Part shown: piece after piece, positions 18,340 to 25,938 of the stretch
Layout: each line of letters begins with the position of its first letter
Numbering within the stretch: position 1 is the stretch's first letter
Origin: an uncultured Candidatus Saccharibacteria bacterium
Lineage (GTDB): Bacteria; Patescibacteriota; Minisyncoccia; Minisyncoccales; UBA5738
Length of the DNA stretch: 64,000 nucleotides
Assembly: GCA_964470995.1 (NCBI GenBank)
Contig: CAYYEP010000004.1
Location: forward strand, 2,846 to 66,845
Reading direction: 5' to 3'
Program-made: the position numbers and the translations under genes
Notes under the pieces: generated by a model
What the model saw: the letters and a program-made list of their open reading frames with translations, nothing else
Told to the model about the DNA's origin: nothing
The model's database searches: none

Positions 18340-20457
18340 ATGTTTGAAAAATTTTTAAAACCGTACAATCCGAGCGAAAATGAGGGGCCCATTTATAAAA
18401 TATGGGAGGAAAGCGGTTATTTTAATCCCGATAATCTGCCAGCAAGGTATGAAGGGTATTACAGCATTATTATGCCGCCGCCGAACGCCAACGGCAGGTT
18501 GCACGCTGGCCACGGGCTGGATATGACGCTTAAAGATATTGCGGCGCGTTTTAACAGGATGCGCGGCAAGCGAGTGTTATTTTTGCCGGGAGCCGACCAC
18601 GCGGGATTTGAGACCCAGATGGTGTTTGAAAAAAAAATGGCCAAGGAGGGCCGCTCGCGTTTTGGTATGTTGCCGGACCAGCTATATAAGGAGATTTGGG
18701 AATTTACGATGACCAACCGCGATACCATGGAGGACGATATCCGCCGCCTGGGAACGTCGTGCGATTGGTCGCGCAAAAAATTTACACTGGACAATGATAT
18801 TGTCAGGCGCGTTCAGGATACCTTTTTAAAGATGTATGAAGACGGCCTGATTTATCGCGGCGAGCGGATTGTGAACTGGAATTCCAAATTCCAGACTTCG
18901 TTATCGGATATCGAGGTACAGTTTGTGGAGCAGAAGGATCCTTTCTATTATTTTCAATACGGGCCGTTCGTGATCGGGACGGTGCGGCCGGAAACCAAAT
19001 TCGGCGATAAATATGTAGTGATGCATCCAGATGACCGAAGATATGCCGGATACAAACACGGCCAGAAGATCGACTTGGAATGGATTAACGGGCCGATAAC
19101 CGCGACGATCATCAAAGACTCGTGTATTGATATGGAGTTTGGCACCGGGGTAATGACAATCACGCCGTGGCATTCGGCGGTTGATTTCGAGATCGCCGAA
19201 AGGCATAACCTGGACAAGGAACAGATTATTGATTTTAACGGCCGACTTTTGCCGGCGGCGGGAGAATTCGCGGGAATGAAAATTGCTGAGGCCAGGCCAA
19301 AGATTGTGGAGAAATTGAAGAGCAAGGGGTTGTTGGTGAAGGTGGATCCAAATTACGTCCATTCGGTGCCGGTTTGCGAACGTACCAAGGCGGCGATTGA
19401 GCCGCAGGTCAAAAAACAGTGGTTCGTGAGAATGAAGCCGCTGGCGGAAATGGTGATCGATTCGGTTGAAAAGAGAAACGAGATCAATATTTTGCCGGAG
19501 TATCAGAAGACCATTTTGCTGCATTGGATGCATAATACGATTGACTGGAATATTTCGCGCCAAATCGTGTGGGGAATTCCGATTCCGGCATGGTTTAGGG
19601 GGGATGAGGCTAAGGTTGGTTGCGATTGCCCGGGCGAAGGCTGGGAAAAAGACCCGGACACTTTTGATACGTGGTTTTCTTCGGGCCAGTGGCCGCTGTT
19701 GACTTTAGGCTATCCGAAAGGGGACGATTATAGAAATTATTATCCGACCGACCTGATGGAAACGGGTTCGGATTTGGTGTTTAAATGGGTGCCAAGAATG
19801 ATCATTTTTGGTTTGTATCTGGGAAAGCAAATTCCGTTCAAGAATGTTTATTTCCATGGGATGGTCAATGACGAGAAGAACCAGAAAATGTCCAAATCAA
19901 AGGGGAACGTGGTTAGCCCGATCGATATGAGCGATAAATTTGGAACTGATGCATTGCGGATGGCACTGGTGGTGGGCAATACGCCGGGAGGAAGCGTGCC
20001 ATTGTCGGAAAACAAAATCAAGGGTTACAAGCATTTTTCCAATAAGGTTTGGAATATTGCGCGTTTCGTGCTGACCAATACCCAGGATTACGATACCAAT
20101 AGCCAGCCCGAATTATTGGAGAAAGATAAATCCCGGCTGGAAGAATTGGATCAGGTTTCGAGGGAGATGACGCAGGAATTGGAAGCATTGCGATTTGATT
20201 TGGCGGCGGATAAAATTTATCACTATGTTTGGCATACTTTTGCGGACGTAATATTGGAGGACAGCAAGAAATATCTTGCCGAAGGTAGCGAAGCCGAAAA
20301 AAGATCGACACAGAGAATGCTTTACGAAATATTTTGCCGGTTGTTAAAACTTTTACATCCGTTTATACCGTTTGTGACGGAAACAATTTGGCAGGAGATA
20401 CCACAATCCAAGTTTAAAGAGTCCGAATTGCTGATGCTGGCCGAATGGCCGGCGTAA
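18340..20457 (+). CDS. valS: Valine--tRNA ligase (short form)
   Basis: Motifs PPPNANGRLHAGH (HIGH), editing-domain TVRPETKFGDKYVVMHPDD and GTGVMTITPWH, DTFDTWFSSGQWP, and KMSKSKGN. ATG at 18340 is preferred over the upstream GTG. It ends soon after the anticodon-binding region. Confidence 0.85.
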   Translation: MFEKFLKPYNPSENEGPIYKIWEESGYFNPDNLPARYEGYYSIIMPPPNANGRLHAGHGLDMTLKDIAARFNRMRGKRVLFLPGADHAGFETQMVFEKKMAKEGRSRFGMLPDQLYKEIWEFTMTNRDTMEDDIRRLGTSCDWSRKKFTLDNDIVRRVQDTFLKMYEDGLIYRGERIVNWNSKFQTSLSDIEVQFVEQKDPFYYFQYGPFVIGTVRPETKFGDKYVVMHPDDRRYAGYKHGQKIDLEWINGPITATIIKDSCIDMEFGTGVMTITPWHSAVDFEIAERHNLDKEQIIDFNGRLLPAAGEFAGMKIAEARPKIVEKLKSKGLLVKVDPNYVHSVPVCERTKAAIEPQVKKQWFVRMKPLAEMVIDSVEKRNEINILPEYQKTILLHWMHNTIDWNISRQIVWGIPIPAWFRGDEAKVGCDCPGEGWEKDPDTFDTWFSSGQWPLLTLGYPKGDDYRNYYPTDLMETGSDLVFKWVPRMIIFGLYLGKQIPFKNVYFHGMVNDEKNQKMSKSKGNVVSPIDMSDKFGTDALRMALVVGNTPGGSVPLSENKIKGYKHFSNKVWNIARFVLTNTQDYDTNSQPELLEKDKSRLEELDQVSREMTQELEALRFDLAADKIYHYVWHTFADVILEDSKKYLAEGSEAEKRSTQRMLYEIFCRLLKLLHPFIPFVTETIWQEIPQSKFKESELLMLAEWPA

Positions 20458-20529
20458 AGCAAGCAGAACGCTTTTTATCGAGCGGCTTTTGCAGGGTTGG
20501 ATATTTGGGCGCAATTTGGATAAGTTGCC

Positions 20530-21213
20530 ATGGATATAATTTACGAAGATAACCATTTGATTGCGGTTAATAAGAAAGCGGGTGAAATTGTGCAGGGCGA
20601 TAAGACCGGAGATGAGCCGCTGTCCGATAAGGTTAAGGCTTACCTTAAGAAAAAATATAACAAGCCGGGGAATGTGTTTTTAGGCGTGGCGCACCGTATT
20701 GACCGGCCGGTGAGCGGCGCGGTTCTGTTTGCGCGAACGAGTAAGGCATTGGAAAGGATTAATGAGGTGATAAAAAAGCGCGAGATTAAAAAAATTTACT
20801 GGGCGGTAGTGAAAAACCGGCCGGCGGCCGATGCAGGAATGCTGACGCATTATTTGGTGCGTGATACCGAGAAGAATATTTCGGTGGTATATGACCGGGA
20901 GGTGCCTGGTTCACAAAAGGCGGTGTTGTCGTATAGTGTCGCGGGAAGCAATAGCGGATATTATTATCTCAAGATCGATCTGGAAACAGGGAGGCACCAC
21001 CAGATAAGGGCGCAATTGGCTAAAATCGGCTGTCCGATCGTGGGAGACGTGAAATACGGTTATGAACGGCCAAACACAGGTGGGGGGATCAAACTGCATT
21101 CTTGGCGCATGGAGTTTGTCCATCCGGTGACCAAGGTGCCAATGATGATTACGGCAGCGGTTCCAAGCGATCCGGTTTGGAGTGGAGTTGTTTTGAAAGT
21201 CAAACCGATTTAA
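20530..21213 (+). CDS. RluA-family pseudouridine synthase
   Basis: 227 aa. Motifs HRIDRPVSG (catalytic Asp) and GRHHQIRAQL. No S4 domain. Confidence 0.85.
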   Translation: MDIIYEDNHLIAVNKKAGEIVQGDKTGDEPLSDKVKAYLKKKYNKPGNVFLGVAHRIDRPVSGAVLFARTSKALERINEVIKKREIKKIYWAVVKNRPAADAGMLTHYLVRDTEKNISVVYDREVPGSQKAVLSYSVAGSNSGYYYLKIDLETGRHHQIRAQLAKIGCPIVGDVKYGYERPNTGGGIKLHSWRMEFVHPVTKVPMMITAAVPSDPVWSGVVLKVKPI

Positions 21214-21245
21214 GTATATACTTGGTATATACTTAGTATATACTT
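21213..21245. repeat. 3 x 11-bp tandem repeat, each unit containing the palindrome gtatatac
   Basis: The units agtatatactt, ggtatatactt and agtatatactt begin at the rluA-family stop codon. Confidence 0.9.
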
Positions 21246-21520
21246 GATGCTTGGAAAAACATAACTAAGTCGGCAATATTGCCGAATTCGGAAAGGCGAT
21301 CAAGGGATTTCTTACAGGCGAGAGGCTGGGCTTTATATTAATACGAAAGGCGAAAGCGGAGCGGCTTACAATACTATCAACAAGGCGGGACTGGAGTTGC
21401 TGGCAAGCTTGAGGTATAGGCCACCAAAAGATACGAATTTTGATGGTTTTTTTGGTATTTGATCGTTAAAACGAGTCCAAAAAGTTAATAATGACCCGGA
21501 ACCATCATCCAAAGTTTTTT

Positions 21521-21696
21521 TATCTGCCAGAATGCTTCGCCGGCTTTACCGCGGGGATGAATGGTTGCCAGTAGCGTAGCGGAGGCTATAAACAAACTCT
21601 TTTCCTAGCGCGTAGCGTAAGCGGAGCGGGAGGAAAACCTCGGGGCTTTGCCCGAGGCAGTTTATTTACAAGCTAAATCCCCGGCTTTAGCAGGGG
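21521..21696 (+). repeat. Copy A of a ~176-bp dispersed element (possible IS200/IS605-type end or MITE/REP-like element)
   Basis: It aligns by eye with the reverse complement of 36568-36747. Exact shared blocks are tatctgccagaat, cgcggggatgaat, gtagcgtagcg and ctataaacaaact. It contains the hairpin cctcggg-gctttg-cccgagg and ends 10 nt before the tnpA fragment. Confidence 0.75.
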
Positions 21697-21706
21697 TGTA
21701 TGTTTG

Positions 21707-21886
21707 ATGGCAACGCCGTATACTAAAGCCATCCGGCTGGGTGGCTTTGGTGACAATTATGTCTGCAAATTACCGCCTTTTTACGAATTAAAATACCATA
21801 TAGTTCGGACGCCAAAGTACCGCGGAAAAGTATTGGCCCACACCAAGGTAAAAGATGAATTGAGAAGAATTTTTGAACTGATTTAA
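21707..21886 (+). pseudogene. tnpA: Truncated IS200/IS605-family TnpA (Y1 transposase) N-terminal fragment
   Basis: YELKYHIVRTPKYRGKVL matches the conserved HxVxxxKYRxxxL start of IS200 TnpA. The ORF stops after 59 codons, far short of the roughly 130-150 aa expected. Confidence 0.6.
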
Positions 21887-21944
21887 TCCGGTTTTGGCGC
21901 AGTTTAATTAAAGCTCCCGGCGGTTTGCGGGAGCATTGATTGTT

Positions 21945-22523
21945 CTAAATATCGATTTGTAAGCTGTTTTTGATAAAATCCAGGCATAACTTCAATAGGA
22001 TCGGGTGAGTATATGAGAAGCACCAAGGCTTGTTTTGCAATGCTTCTAAAAGCCTTTCGGGCGACCACCAAGAGAATCCTTTCACCTCTTTGCGGGTGTT
22101 TAGTTTGGGAACGAACAATGTTGGCGCAACCGCGATAAAAACGGGTGCGAAACGGGGACGCGACCCTTCTAAGGTTTGATAGAAAGTGTAAGGATCGACG
22201 ACCATCATTCGGTCATGTCCGCTAGTGGTGGTTATCAGCGGGACGGCGATTTTACCGCCAGCGCCCAGAATTATAAAACCGTCCGGATTTGCGCTGATTT
22301 CTTCCCATATACCCCTTTCGGCAGTTTTTAGAACACATTCCAGTCTCGGGAATGTTTTTCCGGGCAATATAGCACTTCTTTCGCCGATGCATTCTTGGGT
22401 GTTGTTGTATATCGCGTCTTCTGGTTTTTCGCGGCAGTTGCGTGTTTGCGTTAGGATTTTGAATCCACCATTCTTTTTTTGGATAATAATTACAAACGCT
22501 CCTGTGAGCAGTTCGGTCTCCAT
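21945..22523 (-). CDS. Hypothetical protein with weak Nudix-box-like segment
   Basis: 192 aa. GKTFPRLECVLKTAERGIWEEI loosely resembles GX5EX7REUXEEXGU, but the spacing is off. A hairpin at 21912-21933 lies downstream of the gene. Confidence 0.4.
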   Translation of the reverse strand: METELLTGAFVIIIQKKNGGFKILTQTRNCREKPEDAIYNNTQECIGERSAILPGKTFPRLECVLKTAERGIWEEISANPDGFIILGAGGKIAVPLITTTSGHDRMMVVDPYTFYQTLEGSRPRFAPVFIAVAPTLFVPKLNTRKEVKGFSWWSPERLLEALQNKPWCFSYTHPILLKLCLDFIKNSLQIDI

Positions 22524-23007
22524 AACAATCCTCCGGGTTTACTTTAATTAATCGGATAGAGCTTGTCAATCACCTGTACGTTTTTGTTCTTGACACGGTA
22601 AATTAATTTGTTGGCGTTTGTGGTAGGAGGTTATAATTTTGGAATCTGATGTATTTGTTAGGCGGGCAGTGGAAGGCTTTCCGACTGGAGCCGGCACAAA
22701 AGATTTTGAGAAGGATGTATTTAACCTTATCGATAAGGTGATTGATGTTTGTTGCGAAATGGACGAAGCAATAGTGTATCCGGGAAGCCATGAGGCAAAG
22801 ATCGTTTTGGGAGGTTTTAGTGGTTGACGGTGTCCCCGAATTGCTTGAGAAAATCGATGAACCGAGAGAAGCTAATTACTATTTGAATATGTCGCTAAAC
22901 TTTTTTATTTCATTGGACAAGAGATGCCATAAATTTCTCTTGGCCTTTTTTTATACAAATGGCATTATATTTGATATGATTTAGACATTAATTTTTACAC
23001 TACGGTT

Positions 23008-23640
23008 ATGGATTGTATTTTTTGCGATCGAGCTTTGGATAACGGCCAGCGTCTTTACGAGTCGGAAAATTTTTTTGTTAACGCGGGCGTCGGGATGGCG
23101 GCGCCGGGCCATGTGATGCTTATTCCGAAAATGCATTGCGATTGTTACGCCGAAATGCCCGCAGAATTACGGGCGGAGTTTTTGGAATTGAAGGAGTTTG
23201 TTTATCGCAAGATTAAGGGCGCTTTTAGCGCTCCTTTCATGGTTGAATACGGCATAATGCAGCAAAGCGTGCGCCATGCCCATTTGCATTTTATTCCCAA
23301 GGAACGGCAGGCGACGAAATATTTTTGCGGTTACAAGATTGATGATTTGTTCGAAGCGATGGGAATATCCCGGGTTTTGGCAGGCCAAGACGCAACCTGG
23401 GATAACGCGGCCAGGATGAATAAAATTAACGGCGGTTATATTTATTTGGAGGACGGAGTGTCCCGATTGTTTTCAGAATTCCCGGAAGGATTTAATCCCA
23501 AAAATTTGTCGTATAGAGATCTTTTCAGCCGGAGGATGAAAATCGGCGATATTCCGGCGGCTTGGAAGGGAATGCCGGAAAAATACCGGCAGGCAGATAC
23601 GGCCAAAAGAAGAATAACCGAAACACGGTTAAAGTTTTGA
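23008..23640 (+). CDS. HIT-family (histidine triad) nucleotide hydrolase/transferase with C-terminal extension
   Basis: Motifs GHVMLIPKMH and the histidine triad HAHLHFIP. Confidence 0.75.
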   Translation: MDCIFCDRALDNGQRLYESENFFVNAGVGMAAPGHVMLIPKMHCDCYAEMPAELRAEFLELKEFVYRKIKGAFSAPFMVEYGIMQQSVRHAHLHFIPKERQATKYFCGYKIDDLFEAMGISRVLAGQDATWDNAARMNKINGGYIYLEDGVSRLFSEFPEGFNPKNLSYRDLFSRRMKIGDIPAAWKGMPEKYRQADTAKRRITETRLKF

Positions 23641-23712
23641 GGCCGTAGTGTTTTGTGTTTCGGGGGATTGCGGCTTTCGTTTTTTAATTTCTTAAAAAAT
23701 CAGATTGGATAA

Positions 23713-24213
23713 TTACTCCGGCGAAATAGCTTTTGCGCGTTCAAGCATAGCCGCGGCGACGGTATCGTTTAACAATTCTAGAAGCGCGGCGCGGTCGCCT
23801 GCCAGAGCGGCGGCGCGGGCTTTAGTGGATGAGATATTATTAAATTTTTTTTCACAAAGAACGTAATGATAATGGCGGATGCCGAATTCTTGGCAGTTAT
23901 AAAGGATGACGTCGTTTTCGTAGATAATGTCGTTGTTGTCGCGGATGCCGCGCACCATTACCGACGGGATGGCGCGGTTCCATTTTTTTAAAAATTCGTC
24001 GAGGGTTACCACTTCGATATCGGGTCCCAGATCGTAGGTTTGCCACATTTGCGCGCATTCGGCGGGCGTGAAAAATACCTTGTCTTTTTTTACCGGATTT
24101 ATAGAGCAAATAACGATAACTTTGCCCAGAAGCCGCGCGGTTTCTTTGGCGATTGCGATATGGCCGTAGTGGGGAGGGCAAAACGTGCCCGGGTAGATAT
24201 AGATTGGATTCAT
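23713..24213 (-). CDS. coaD: Phosphopantetheine adenylyltransferase
   Basis: 166 aa. YPGTFCPPHYGH is a variant of GxFxPxTxGH. VMVRGIRDNNDIIYE and the ISSTKAR region are colinear with CoaD. Confidence 0.7.
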   Translation of the reverse strand: MNPIYIYPGTFCPPHYGHIAIAKETARLLGKVIVICSINPVKKDKVFFTPAECAQMWQTYDLGPDIEVVTLDEFLKKWNRAIPSVMVRGIRDNNDIIYENDVILYNCQEFGIRHYHYVLCEKKFNNISSTKARAAALAGDRAALLELLNDTVAAAMLERAKAISPE

Positions 24214-24347
24214 ATTGATTTTATTTTAGCAAAAAATTTTTTTTGCCATAGGCGTATTGCGGTTTTATGGTTTAAATGTTAATATTGTAATGTTAAATTT
24301 ATTCTTAGTCAAGATCGCTTTTGGGTTTATTTTACCAGAATTAAGCA

Positions 24348-25280
24348 ATGTGGAAATATAAATTTACTGTTTTTACTCCGACTTTTAACCGTGCCGCAAC
24401 ATTAAAGCGATGTTACGAACATTTGCTGGGACAGACGTTTAAGGATTTTGAATGGCTGGTTGTGGATGACGGTTCCACTGATGATACCCAATCGGTCGTG
24501 AATGGTTTTATTTTGGAAAATAAAATCAATATCCGGTATTACCGGCAGCATAATTTTGGCAAACCAACCGCGATCAATTGGGGCGTGTCTTTGGCGGCGG
24601 GGGAATTTTTTGTAATTTTGGATTCCGATGATGCTTTGCGCCATGATTATATGGAAATATTGCTCAAGGAATATGACGCTATAGATGCCGCAAAAATAAA
24701 TAAATTTGCCGGAGTGGAAGGATCGACGTGTTCTTTTGGGGGAAAGCTTATCGGAACCGAATTTCCGGTGGGTTACGGATGTGATTTTTTGGATTCGGAT
24801 TTTATGGAGATTCGTTTAAAGCATAAAGTGCGGGGAGATAAACATGGTTTTATAAAGACCGAGATAATGAAGGAATATCCGATGCCGATATTTCCGGGGG
24901 AAAAATATATTACCGAAGCTGTTATTTGGAATCGGATGGCGCAGAAATATTGCGTTAGATTCATTAACGAAAATATTTATTTGGCCGAGTACCGACGCGA
25001 TGGGCTCACGAAAAATTGGGTAAGGATGAGGATGAATAATCCTAAAGGAGGAATGGTTTATTGCCGCGAATTTTTAGGATTTGGGGTAAAAATTCCGATT
25101 TCGGCCATATTGGTGAAGTATAATAATCTGGTGCGTTTTTCTTTGCATGCCGGTAAATTGCCGGATGTGATTTCCGGCATCAAGGGGCCGCGGTTATTGC
25201 TGGCGCCGGTAGCGATTGCGGTGGGAATTTTATTATATTTTAAGGATATATTATTTGTTAGCCGGGAGCTGAAATCTTAA
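24348..25280 (+). CDS. Family 2 glycosyltransferase
   Basis: Motifs FTPTFNRAATLKRCYEHLLGQTFKDFEWLVVDDGSTDDT and ILDSDD, plus a C-terminal TM segment. Confidence 0.8.
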   Translation: MWKYKFTVFTPTFNRAATLKRCYEHLLGQTFKDFEWLVVDDGSTDDTQSVVNGFILENKINIRYYRQHNFGKPTAINWGVSLAAGEFFVILDSDDALRHDYMEILLKEYDAIDAAKINKFAGVEGSTCSFGGKLIGTEFPVGYGCDFLDSDFMEIRLKHKVRGDKHGFIKTEIMKEYPMPIFPGEKYITEAVIWNRMAQKYCVRFINENIYLAEYRRDGLTKNWVRMRMNNPKGGMVYCREFLGFGVKIPISAILVKYNNLVRFSLHAGKLPDVISGIKGPRLLLAPVAIAVGILLYFKDILFVSRELKS

Positions 25281-25290
25281 ATTGATTGTT

Positions 25291-25938
25291 ATGGCAAAGC
25301 TTTTATTATTCGACATAGATGGAACTTTGTTTATCAACGAGGGAGTCTGCTGGCTGATGGAAAATGAGGTTGCTTTAAGTTTGGGGCTTTCTCCGGCGCC
25401 GCGCGGGGCATACCGGGCCAGTTGGCACCAGCCAACGAAGCGAAGGCGGGCAATTAATTATCCCGTTGCCAATCAAAAAATTTTTTCTGATCGTTTTGAG
25501 GAAATGTTTTGCGAACGTTTTAAAAAAAAGCAGATGGATGCATTGAGCGGTGCGACAATTATGACGCTTGAGATTTTAAAGAAACGGCGGAATAAATTAT
25601 CCGTGCTGACGTCGCGCCATTTCCGGGATATGGTCCATTTAACGGGAAAGGATTCGCAGTTTGGCGCGCTATTTGACGGAATTTACCATTCGAATAATGT
25701 AAAATATGGAAAACCCGATCCGCGGGTTTTCGATGGCCCGCTTAGAGATTTTAATACAGAACCCTATGAGGCGGTGTATGTGGGCGATACGGTTGCCGAT
25801 GGTATTTGCGCAAAACAAGCCGGGCTTGGATTTGTGGCGGTATTAGCGGAGGGAGTGTCGGTGCGTGCCGATTTTGAGGGGGTTGCCGTCGATTTTTTTG
25901 CGGATAAGTTTGAGGATATTCTTGATTACTTAAAATGA
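25291..25938 (+). CDS. HAD-superfamily phosphatase (possible sugar-phosphate phosphatase)
   Basis: HAD motif I is LLLFDIDGTL and motif IV is YVGDTVAD. The stop overlaps the otsA start (ATGA at 25935). Confidence 0.75.
   Translation: MAKLLLFDIDGTLFINEGVCWLMENEVALSLGLSPAPRGAYRASWHQPTKRRRAINYPVANQKIFSDRFEEMFCERFKKKQMDALSGATIMTLEILKKRRNKLSVLTSRHFRDMVHLTGKDSQFGALFDGIYHSNNVKYGKPDPRVFDGPLRDFNTEPYEAVYVGDTVADGICAKQAGLGFVAVLAEGVSVRADFEGVAVDFFADKFEDILDYLK

Noticed and set aside
18901-19563. A 220-aa minus-strand ORF, together with the 123-aa ORF at 18954-19325.
   Set aside because: Both are antisense to valS (HIGH/KMSKS and editing motifs are on the + strand). Their composition is R/H/P-rich and no motifs are present.
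22639-22984. Two short overlapping ORFs (62 and 64 aa) that might be one frameshifted gene.
   Set aside because: There is no recognisable motif in either part and no clear slippery site at the junction. The evidence is insufficient to call a CDS or a pseudogene.
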